DNA of 64,000 bases from Candidatus Nanohaloarchaea archaeon (GTDB lineage Archaea > Nanohalarchaeota > Nanosalinia > Nanosalinales > Nanosalinaceae), in the NCBI GenBank assembly GCA_042218325.1, contig JBDGRE010000013.1, positions 1 to 64,000 on the forward strand, given 5' to 3'. Position numbers and translations under genes: made by a program. Position 1 is the stretch's first letter. Each line of letters opens with the position of its first letter. This document shows positions 56,468 to 64,000 of the stretch, in pieces. The notes beneath the pieces were generated by a model. It was given only the letters and a program-made list of their open reading frames with translations, ran no database searches and had not been told where the DNA came from.

Positions 56468-57037
56468 TCATCCTCTGAGGGTCTCGACGAGTTCTTCGGC
56501 AGCTTTCTCCGCCTTGCTCTCCTCGTTGTCGATGACCTTGAAGAAGGCTCCGGACAGGACTGCACAGGTGGAGGCCATCTCGTGGCCGACGTCCTGGTAC
56601 TCCCTTATGTCTGCAGGCGACTCGTGCTCCCGGTCCCTGCTCTCGTCGCCCTGTGTCCGGGACCAGATGGCTTCCGGGTCTGCCCTCAGCATGATTATCT
56701 TCGATGGTTCGAGGTTCTCGACGGTCCACTTCGGGAGGCCGGGAAGGTAGCCGAACGGTGTTTTTATCGCAGCGTGCGTGTCTACTATGATGTCTTTTTC
56801 CTCGGCTTCTTCCTGTATGGAGTCTGCGGCCTCTTTCTGTATCCGCCTGTTGGTCTCCGAGTCGAGCTCCTTTAGCTCGTCTCTGCTGTCGACGAGACCT
56901 TCTTCCTTCGCGGTTTCCAGCATCCTGTCGCCGTAGTTTATGACCTCGTACTCCCTGTCGGCGAGCAGCATCGCCTCCTCGAGTACAGTTCCTTTTCCGA
57001 CTCCTGAAAGACCTACCACTATGTTGACCTCTCCCAT
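56468..57037 (-). CDS. adkA: Archaeal adenylate kinase
   Basis: GLSGVGKGT, NYGD.M, VDTH, GYLPGLP. Confidence 0.95.
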   Translation of the reverse strand: MGEVNIVVGLSGVGKGTVLEEAMLLADREYEVINYGDRMLETAKEEGLVDSRDELKELDSETNRRIQKEAADSIQEEAEEKDIIVDTHAAIKTPFGYLPGLPKWTVENLEPSKIIMLRADPEAIWSRTQGDESRDREHESPADIREYQDVGHEMASTCAVLSGAFFKVIDNEESKAEKAAEELVETLRG

Positions 57038-57038
57038 G

Positions 57039-58388
57039 TTATTCTTGCCTCCGTATCCTGAGTTTTTTCGCAAGATACTTTAACCATTCCTCCGTCCCGC
57101 AGGCCGCGTTGACGAAACTGTAGTCCTGTAGCTCGGCAGCGACCCTGTCCGGGATACCTTTCTGCTCGAGTTCGCCCGCGAGGAAGTGTTTCATGTACTC
57201 TTTCGCATCCGTGAACTCGCGTTCTGTCTTGGCGTACACGCGGTCATCCTTCACGAACACGTTGTCGTACTTCGAAGTGAACTGCTCTATGTGCTCGCTG
57301 CCGTGGAACACCTTCGGACCCTGTAGCTCCTCGACTTCGGGAAGTTTCTGGTCCAGCTCGAAGAAGAGCCGGGTCTTCTCGTCTCCCACGTGGAAGCCTG
57401 ACTCGAACAGCCTGAAATTCCGGTTCTCGAGCACGTCCTCGAACCTTGATAGTGTTTTCCTCATCTGTGGATACACCACGTCTTCCACGCCTTCAGGCCT
57501 GTCGAACTCGATAACTAAGAAGTCGCCACGCTGCTCTATCTCGTGCTTCACGTCGAACTCCGCGACCCTGAGATCTTTCTCCTCGTAGAGGTGTATGCCT
57601 GGTTCCTGCTGGAACTTCCAGCACCGGTAGATGAACCGGGCGAAGTTCTCTCTCGAAAGCACCGAGGCGACGTTCCTTTCCGGGTCGACCGGGTCGATCA
57701 CCACGAAAGGTTCGTCCGTGAACTTTTCCTCCAGCTTCTCCGGCAGCTTTTCGTGGTGGTCTTCCGGATCGATGAGCTCATCCTCTCTCCAGTCGACTGC
57801 GGCCTCCACGAGCTGCCTGAAGCCGCCGTAGTGCGCGACAAGGACCTCGCACAGGTAGCCCGAGAAACCTCTCGTTTTCAGCGACGAGCCGTAGATATCC
57901 GCGGCCCTCAGGAAGGTTTTCAGCAGGACCACGTCGCGGCGCTGCTCCTCATCTAGGTTCTCCTTCACCCACCTCGAGTGGTGGGGAGTCCGGTCGACCG
58001 CACTCTTGATGTTCCCGGGCCCGACGTCGTAACACGGAACTATCTCGACCTCGTGCCCATTGATAACGCCCCGGGTGTAGGGGTGCTCGGCGTACTCTAT
58101 CTCGTGTTCTCCCGAGAACTCGTCGAACACCTTTTTCCCGAACTCGAGGCCACGGTCCTCCAGCTCCTGCCGCCCGGTCTCCTCCGGGAACAGGACGAAG
58201 ATGTCGATGTCGCGGTCGCCCTTCATGCAGGTCCCGCGGCCGCTCGAGCCGGCGAAATGTGTCTCCCGGGAGAACTCGTCCTCGATAAAATCCGATATCT
58301 CCCTGTACTTCTGCCGTGTCTCCTCCAGTTCTTCCTCAGAAGGGTAGTACTCGTCGAGGATCTTCTCCCTCAGGCGTTCGAAGTCCAT
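57039..58388 (-). CDS. cca: CCA-adding enzyme, class I
   Basis: GSSGRGT..DRDIDIF, YAEHPY, SAVDRTPHH, GFSGYLCE, IDPVDPERNVA. Confidence 0.97.
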   Translation of the reverse strand: MDFERLREKILDEYYPSEEELEETRQKYREISDFIEDEFSRETHFAGSSGRGTCMKGDRDIDIFVLFPEETGRQELEDRGLEFGKKVFDEFSGEHEIEYAEHPYTRGVINGHEVEIVPCYDVGPGNIKSAVDRTPHHSRWVKENLDEEQRRDVVLLKTFLRAADIYGSSLKTRGFSGYLCEVLVAHYGGFRQLVEAAVDWREDELIDPEDHHEKLPEKLEEKFTDEPFVVIDPVDPERNVASVLSRENFARFIYRCWKFQQEPGIHLYEEKDLRVAEFDVKHEIEQRGDFLVIEFDRPEGVEDVVYPQMRKTLSRFEDVLENRNFRLFESGFHVGDEKTRLFFELDQKLPEVEELQGPKVFHGSEHIEQFTSKYDNVFVKDDRVYAKTEREFTDAKEYMKHFLAGELEQKGIPDRVAAELQDYSFVNAACGTEEWLKYLAKKLRIRRQE

Positions 58389-58441
58389 AAGAAAGGTTGC
58401 GGGGCGACAGGTTTTAATCTTTCCAGCCTATAACGGGGATT

Positions 58442-58789
58442 GTGGAACTGGATTTTGTCTCGCTTACAGTAAAGGATATGGACCGCGCAGTGGGGTTCTA
58501 TAGCGATTTGCTCGGGGAGGAACCGGAGCGAAAAGACTCCAGGCTATCTTTCTACGACCTGGGGAACATACGCCTGAGTCTGTGGAACGCTTCGGCGGAT
58601 GATATGGATGTGGATTTCGGTGATAACTGCGTCGCGACATTCCGGACTGAGGATATCGAGCAGGAGCGTGAGCGAGTCAAGCAGCTGGCTTCTGAGGTCG
58701 AGGAGATAAAGGATGCCGGGGGCTACCGGCTGTTCCATTTCAGGGATACAGAGGGTAACTTGGTCGAGGTATACGAGGGAGAGAAGTAG
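58442..58789 (+). CDS. VOC/glyoxalase family protein
   Basis: VKDMDRAVGFY..LLG, FRDTEGNLVE. Confidence 0.9.
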   Translation: MELDFVSLTVKDMDRAVGFYSDLLGEEPERKDSRLSFYDLGNIRLSLWNASADDMDVDFGDNCVATFRTEDIEQERERVKQLASEVEEIKDAGGYRLFHFRDTEGNLVEVYEGEK

Positions 58790-58810
58790 CTCTGACCGAC
58801 GGAATCCTGT

Positions 58811-59185
58811 CTATCGGTTCTCTTCTTTTACAGTGTTTCCGTGTTCATCAACGTACCTGACGTGGACTTCCTGGTCCTCGTTCCAGGGTGGCTGTGATAT
58901 CAGGAGGATTTCCAGCTCGCCGAGGTAGTAGACTTTGGTCCCAGGTTCTGCGAACACCACATCACCTGCCTCCACCTCGGTTTCTTCCCTGTCAAGGAAG
59001 AAGCTGCCCTCACCTTCGATGATGTAGTAGTAGAACGTGCACTCTTGGTTGTAATACTCCTCCAGGTGGCCTTTCTCAGTCTTTTCCCGGAGGATTTCGA
59101 GGTCATCCGCTTCCTCGCCGAAGTAATCCCAGAACTTGACCCCGAACTTCTCGAAGCGGTTGGCGTCTTCGCTGGAGATCTTCAT
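58811..59185 (-). CDS. Cupin domain protein
   Basis: YYIIEGEG, VEAGDVVFAEPG. Confidence 0.85.
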   Translation of the reverse strand: MKISSEDANRFEKFGVKFWDYFGEEADDLEILREKTEKGHLEEYYNQECTFYYYIIEGEGSFFLDREETEVEAGDVVFAEPGTKVYYLGELEILLISQPPWNEDQEVHVRYVDEHGNTVKEENR

Positions 59186-59189
59186 CGAT

Positions 59190-59573
59190 TCAGCCTTTCA
59201 GTCCCTTCACGAGCTTCCGGTCCTCGATGACCCAGTACTTTATCTCGTCGCCCTCGTGAGCGTCGAGATCCTCTGGAAGCTCCATCTCCTCGGTCTCGTA
59301 AGTGTCCATGTCCATGACCTGGGCGATGTTGCCCTCTCTGGAGACTACCTGGCCGACCTTCTTGTCTATGTCCGGCGACATCATCATGGAGTCACCGGGT
59401 TTCGTTATGTGCCTGTCCTTGTCGTCGAAGACTCCGCGCGCCTTTATCTTTATCTTGGCGCTGCCGTGCTTTCCTGGACTGGATTTAGAAGTACTTCTTA
59501 CCTCGCAGGGCTCTCCGTCGATTATAACGTAGCGCCCGGACTTCAGACTTGATGCTTCGACTTGTTTTGCCAT
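59190..59573 (-). CDS. eif5a: Translation factor aIF5A
   Basis: SSPGKHGSAK hypusine motif. Confidence 0.97.
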   Translation of the reverse strand: MAKQVEASSLKSGRYVIIDGEPCEVRSTSKSSPGKHGSAKIKIKARGVFDDKDRHITKPGDSMMMSPDIDKKVGQVVSREGNIAQVMDMDTYETEEMELPEDLDAHEGDEIKYWVIEDRKLVKGLKG

Positions 59574-59588
59574 TATGTGTTCACCTGT

Positions 59589-59795
59589 TTACTGTGTCGC
59601 GAGTTCGACGTCTTCTTTTTTAACAGTGTTTCTGCCGGCATGGTCCGCCATCTCGATGGCTTTCCTGCCGATATCCTTCCCTGCGTCCTCGACCGCATCC
59701 TTGAGTTCTTCTATAGCGTCCTCAGAGACCCGGTCGGCTCCTGCTTTCCTGATTATCCTCTCTATCGGTGCCTTGGGCAGACTCGTATCGCTCAC
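59589..59795 (-). CDS. Archaeal histone
   Basis: [31 protein letters not shown]. Confidence 0.95.
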   Translation of the reverse strand: MSDTSLPKAPIERIIRKAGADRVSEDAIEELKDAVEDAGKDIGRKAIEMADHAGRNTVKKEDVELATQ

Positions 59796-59878
59796 GTTGA
59801 AACTATCCGAGCCAAGTTTTAATATGTGAACGGTAGTTCTCGCCAGCCTTTTAGTTATAGGGCAGCACCAGTAACTCT

Positions 59879-60325
59879 ATGAGAGCGGTGGTCGACGCGA
59901 ACGTCTTCATGAGAGGGCCCGGCCCGGGTTACGACAGCTACCTCACCGTTCCGGAGGTGATGGAGGAACTGGAAAGCGGGTCCTCCCGCCTCAGCTTCGA
60001 TACCTCGAGCGTCGAAGTCAGGGAGCCGTCCACGGACAGCATCGAGACGGTAGAACAGAAATCAGGGGAGATAAACGCGGAGACCTCTGAAACTGATGAA
60101 AGGTTGCTGGCGCTCGCCCTCGAGCTCGACGAGGTCATCGTCACGGACGATCTCGGGCTGCAGAACCTCGCCGCCCACCTCGGCGTGGAGTTCGAGTCGT
60201 ACCTCGGGGACGAGATAGAGGAGCGGAGGGCGTGGACGCTTGTATGCGCGAACTGCGGCCGTGAGGTCGACGGGGAGAAGTGTTCCGCGTGCGGCTCTAC
60301 TGGGGTGGAGAGGAAACCAGGTTAG
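59879..60325 (+). CDS. nob1: Nob1-family PIN endonuclease
   Basis: VVDAN, S.TD..LLALA, TDD..LQN, C-terminal Zn ribbon. Confidence 0.9.
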   Translation: MRAVVDANVFMRGPGPGYDSYLTVPEVMEELESGSSRLSFDTSSVEVREPSTDSIETVEQKSGEINAETSETDERLLALALELDEVIVTDDLGLQNLAAHLGVEFESYLGDEIEERRAWTLVCANCGREVDGEKCSACGSTGVERKPG

Positions 60326-61334
60326 TGTAGTTCTGGATGAACTCCTTCGTAAGTATCAGGAGCAGCGGCCCCAGGATGACTCCTTTCAGCCCGAGGGTCA
60401 GCGGGCCGGCGATGAAACCGGTGAATATTATCAGGGGGTGCTCGTCCATCTGCCGTGACCCGATGTACGGCCGGATAAATATTTCGGGCAGGATGTTCAG
60501 GACGATTATCCCGAACACGATTATCAGCGAGCCCTTGACAGGTTCGCCTGTTATCATGTAGAACAAGCCTATCGGCCCGTAGAACATGAAGGCCGCGACT
60601 ATCGGTAAAAGGGCCGCGATTCCGATCAGGAACGCCCACAGCGGTATCAGCGGCATCGGAGAGGTCACCAGCGAGATGGCGTAGAACCCAATCCCGGATA
60701 CAAGGCCGAGTATCGCCGCGACCAGGAACTGCGTGACGAAGACACCGCGGAAAATGGAGTCCATGGAGCGGATAAGAGACTTGATTATCTTCTTCTCGTT
60801 GTCAGGCAGGTTCTCCACGACCTCGCTGATATCGCTCTCTATCTTGCTACCGTCCTTGTAGAGGTAGATAGCCGTTACGACGAAGATGGCGAGGTCGATG
60901 AACAGCGAAGGTATCTTGGTGAAGACATCGACGAGCCAGTCCGTGGCTCTTCCGGAGATCGAGTCTATGACATTGACGGCGTTCTGCTTGAAGCTCTCCG
61001 GCAGCTGCAGCACCTCTATTATGTTTACCAGGCCCTGCCTCAGGGAGCCCGTAAGTGTGTTCAGGCCGCTGAGTATGTCAACGAAGTTGTTTATGAAGAA
61101 GTATATGCCGAGCCCGAGTAACGCGAATACGCTTGATATGATTATTATGCTGGAAACAGTCTCATTATTTATCCTGCTGTTAAGCGCCTGATGCGCGAAC
61201 CTGAGCAGGTAAGAAGTCGCTACCGCGAGTATTATGGCGTCAAGGAAAGGGTACAGTACAAATATGCTGCCGAGTGAGAGCAGGAGAGCGACCCCGAGAA
61301 TCTCCCGCTTGAAACGCAGTTCCTCTTCGGCCAT
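60297..61334 (-). CDS. AI-2E family transporter
   Basis: Multi-TM; IRP...HPLIIF.G.IAG....G.KGVILGP. Confidence 0.9.
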   Translation of the reverse strand: MAEEELRFKREILGVALLLSLGSIFVLYPFLDAIILAVATSYLLRFAHQALNSRINNETVSSIIIISSVFALLGLGIYFFINNFVDILSGLNTLTGSLRQGLVNIIEVLQLPESFKQNAVNVIDSISGRATDWLVDVFTKIPSLFIDLAIFVVTAIYLYKDGSKIESDISEVVENLPDNEKKIIKSLIRSMDSIFRGVFVTQFLVAAILGLVSGIGFYAISLVTSPMPLIPLWAFLIGIAALLPIVAAFMFYGPIGLFYMITGEPVKGSLIIVFGIIVLNILPEIFIRPYIGSRQMDEHPLIIFTGFIAGPLTLGLKGVILGPLLLILTKEFIQNYTNLVSSPPQ

Positions 61335-61468
61335 AAAGGTATTTTGTGCCCGATGCTGTTTTATTAACTGTGGCGGCCATGTTGCTACCGCCGCGTCAAC
61401 CCGTAAACCGAAACTTATATAAGAGTGGGGGCTACATGGATGGGTGTCGGGGGGGGAAACGACTCCTT

Positions 61469-62593
61469 ATGCCGGAAAAGGATACTATGTCAGAGCAGGA
61501 ACACGTACCGCGTCGCGAATTCGACTCTTACCAGGTTCCCGAAGAATGGGAGGCTGAAGAAGAGGAAAAACCAGAAGAAGATCCACAGGATTCTCCGGAA
61601 GCCGGGGCCGAAGAGATAGACGAGGAAGCCGTCGCTGAAGGAGAGGGATACACTGTAGTACAGGAAGAGGCCGAAGAGGGCGACATGGTCCTCACCTGTC
61701 CCGAGTGTGGGGCACAGCGTTTCGAGGAGGACTCTGCTGAAGGACAGCTCGTCTGCGTCGAGTGTGGACTCATCGTCGACGAGAACCGTATCGACGAATC
61801 CGCGGAATGGCGCGCCTTCAACCAGGAGGAGCGCGAGAAGAAGGCCCGTGCCGGACAGCCGCTAACTTATACCAAGCACGACATGGGCGTATCCACGGAG
61901 ATAGGAAAGGGTTCGGGAGAGCTCTACAAGGTCTCGGGGAACAAGCGCGCACAGTACTACCGCCTGAGGAAGTGGCACAAGCGCCTTACCAAGTCGAAGG
62001 ACCGTAACCTCGGGTTCGCCCTCTCGGAACTGAACTCGATGGTCTCCAACCTGAACCTTCCTGAATCTGTGCACGAGGAGGTCGCCCGGCTATACGAGAA
62101 GGCGGTCGACAAGGGCCTCGTCCGCGGCCGTTCCATGGAGTCCATCATCTCCGCGCTGCTCTACATCGTCGCGCGGAAGCAGGGAACGCCGAGGACCCTG
62201 GACGAGATCTCCGAGGCATCGGGCATCGAGAAACGCGAGATCGGCCGCGCATACCGTTACGTTGCGAGGGAACTCGGTCTCCGCATCCTGCCCGCCAAGC
62301 CGCAGGACTACGTACCGCGGTTCGCTGGAAAGCTCCAGCTATCCGGAGAAGTCCAGGCCCGGGCGCGCCAGATACTGAAGGAGGCGCGCGAGAAGGACCT
62401 GCTCTCCGGTAAAGGCCCGACAGGCCTCGCCGCAGCCGCGCTCTACATCGCCGCGGTGCTCGAAGGCGAAAAAAGGACGCAGCGCGAAGTCGCTGACGTC
62501 GTCGGAGTGACGGAAGTCACCATCCGGAACCGCTACAAGGAGCTAGCGGAGAAGCTCGGCCTCGAGGACGAACTCGAGGAGAAGAGTAACTGA
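61469..62593 (+). CDS. tfb: Transcription initiation factor TFB with acidic N-terminal extension
   Basis: CPECG..CVECG, EWRAF, GRS, PRTLDEI, VTEVTIRNRYKEL. Confidence 0.97.
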   Translation: MPEKDTMSEQEHVPRREFDSYQVPEEWEAEEEEKPEEDPQDSPEAGAEEIDEEAVAEGEGYTVVQEEAEEGDMVLTCPECGAQRFEEDSAEGQLVCVECGLIVDENRIDESAEWRAFNQEEREKKARAGQPLTYTKHDMGVSTEIGKGSGELYKVSGNKRAQYYRLRKWHKRLTKSKDRNLGFALSELNSMVSNLNLPESVHEEVARLYEKAVDKGLVRGRSMESIISALLYIVARKQGTPRTLDEISEASGIEKREIGRAYRYVARELGLRILPAKPQDYVPRFAGKLQLSGEVQARARQILKEAREKDLLSGKGPTGLAAAALYIAAVLEGEKRTQREVADVVGVTEVTIRNRYKELAEKLGLEDELEEKSN

Positions 62594-62670
62594 TTCTGGC
62601 CGCTGGCCCGGCTGCATTTCCTCTTATTTCTCTTATTCTTGTTCCTTCGCTTAAATCGACATTCCTACAT

Positions 62671-62752
62671 CCCGGGTCAGATCCATAGAAAATCCGCAGG
62701 GATTTTCTGGTGATGCAGAAACTCTATCGAGTTTCGAATCCGGGTCCTGCCA
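62671..62752 (+). other. tRNA-like 3' fragment (T-arm plus acceptor strand) interrupted by a 57-nt two-hairpin insert
   Basis: CCCGG-[insert]-TTCGAAT-CCGGG-TCCTGCC-A; no D or anticodon arm upstream. Confidence 0.5.
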
Positions 62753-62880
62753 ATTGCATTTCTCCACATTTGATAGGAATGCGGGAACTGCCGAGAAACT
62801 TTTCAAGTGGTTGGATTATATTACTGTGCTATTCTTGCAAATTCGATTCGGGTAAAAAGAAGAAAGAGTAAATGTTGATG

Positions 62881-63552
62881 TTAGCTAAAGAAATTGTTCA
62901 AAAGGTTTGAGACGATTCCAGGGTTTCTTTCCTGAGCTTGTTCATTTCCCGGTGTTCCGTTAACCGCTTCTTCAGCATTTTGAGATGACCCTTCTCGTTC
63001 AACTTCAGCTTCAGTCTCTGTTTCATTGTCGTCTGTTCTCTGTTCTACTTCTGCCTCTGTTTCCTGTTCACCAGACTCTCGTTCAACTTCAGCTTCAGTC
63101 TCTGTTTCGGCATTCCTTCTTTCGAACTCTACTTCGCTCTCTGAATCAGCTTCTGAATCTTCTGATTCAAGCTCGGCAACTTCTCTTCTCAGGTCCATCA
63201 CCATTCCTCGAAGCTCATCGATTCTGTCCTTGGCTTGTTCAAGGTTCTGAACTTCTATTTGTTCAAGCTCTTCTACTTCTGATTCGTTCTCCTCTTTGCC
63301 TTCTGTTTCTGCCGCTTCTGATTCGTTGATAGAGAGTACTGTGCTGTTGTCGGTTTTTTCCATCTCTAAATCGTCTTCTGTCTCATTCTCTTCCTGTTCT
63401 ATGACTTCTTCGGTTTCATTTTCTTCATACTCTGCTTCTTCTGTCTCTTCCTCGTCATCCGAGTCGTCTTCTGGAACATCTGAATCATCTTCCTCCGTCT
63501 CATTCAAATGTTCATCAGCCATTACAGGAGCCAATGCCAACATCAAGACCAT
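62881..63552 (-). CDS. Very acidic secreted protein with ETEAEVE repeats
   Basis: Signal-like N-terminus, short coiled coil, three ETEAEVE units; AT-rich. Confidence 0.7.
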   Translation of the reverse strand: MVLMLALAPVMADEHLNETEEDDSDVPEDDSDDEEETEEAEYEENETEEVIEQEENETEDDLEMEKTDNSTVLSINESEAAETEGKEENESEVEELEQIEVQNLEQAKDRIDELRGMVMDLRREVAELESEDSEADSESEVEFERRNAETETEAEVERESGEQETEAEVEQRTDDNETETEAEVEREGSSQNAEEAVNGTPGNEQAQERNPGIVSNLLNNFFS

Positions 63553-63681
63553 TGCAAGTGCTAAAAACTTGCCTTTGCTTGATACCTAAAATTGGAATTA
63601 ATTCTCTTGTTATAAATAATAACCGATAATTCGGGCCCTGCCAATATTTATATTTTTTTTAAAGGAAAATGTTAATGATCA

Positions 63682-64000
63682 ATGAAAATATCCAATAATA
63701 TTTTTTTTGGCATTTGCTCTCTTCTTAGGCATTTTTCTTGTTATTCAATATCAGGTTTCTAGTCATGATATTAAGATTGTAACAGGTTCGGGAAAAAACA
63801 CCTCTTCGGTAAATCCGGAACATACCTCTTCGATAAGTCCTGAAAACCCCCAATCTTCTGTTCTTGAAGTAAATGTGTTGAAGGCATCAGATTACTCGGG
63901 TTTTTCAAAAGGGGATGATATCCGTTTAAAAATTAAGTATTATACTAATCCTCCTCCTTCCCTAAAGTTTCTGTCATCTCTTAATAATTTAACTGAAGGA
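63682..64000 (+). CDS. Partial membrane-anchored protein running off the window
   Basis: Open frame KYPIIFFLAFALFLGIFLVIQYQ.. to the window end; ATG at 63682 is out of frame by one base. Confidence 0.4.

Overview
Archaeal DNA with a strongly acidic proteome and a compact housekeeping backbone (TBP, TFB, MCM, Cdc6/Orc1, RPA, DNA ligase, histone, aIF2-beta, aIF5A, CCA enzyme, Elp3, oapABC). It best fits a halophilic DPANN archaeon (Nanohaloarchaeota-like; inference). Positions ~48-17296 form a visibly AT-richer integrated element bounded by a 14-bp direct repeat of the 3' end of an intron-containing tRNA-Thr(UGU). It carries two tyrosine recombinases (one lacking catalytic residues), a repressor with two palindromic operators, a divergent MCM-like helicase plus a truncated RFC-like ATPase, a two-gene PD-(D/E)XK candidate defence operon, and a nucleotide-housecleaning cargo cassette. 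A smaller islet (membrane-anchored HNH, MNT-HEPN) sits at tRNA-Ile, and another AT-rich region begins at ~62750 beside an interrupted tRNA 3' fragment. All three complete tRNA genes carry 58-135 nt structured BHB introns, and similar hairpin arrays occur in the oapB-oapC spacer and the tRNA fragment. Other notable items are a catalytic-domain-only class I LysRS paralog, iteron-like repeats upstream of cdc6 and several disrupted genes. All calls come from manual motif reading; no searches or folding programs were run, and GC contrasts are visual estimates.
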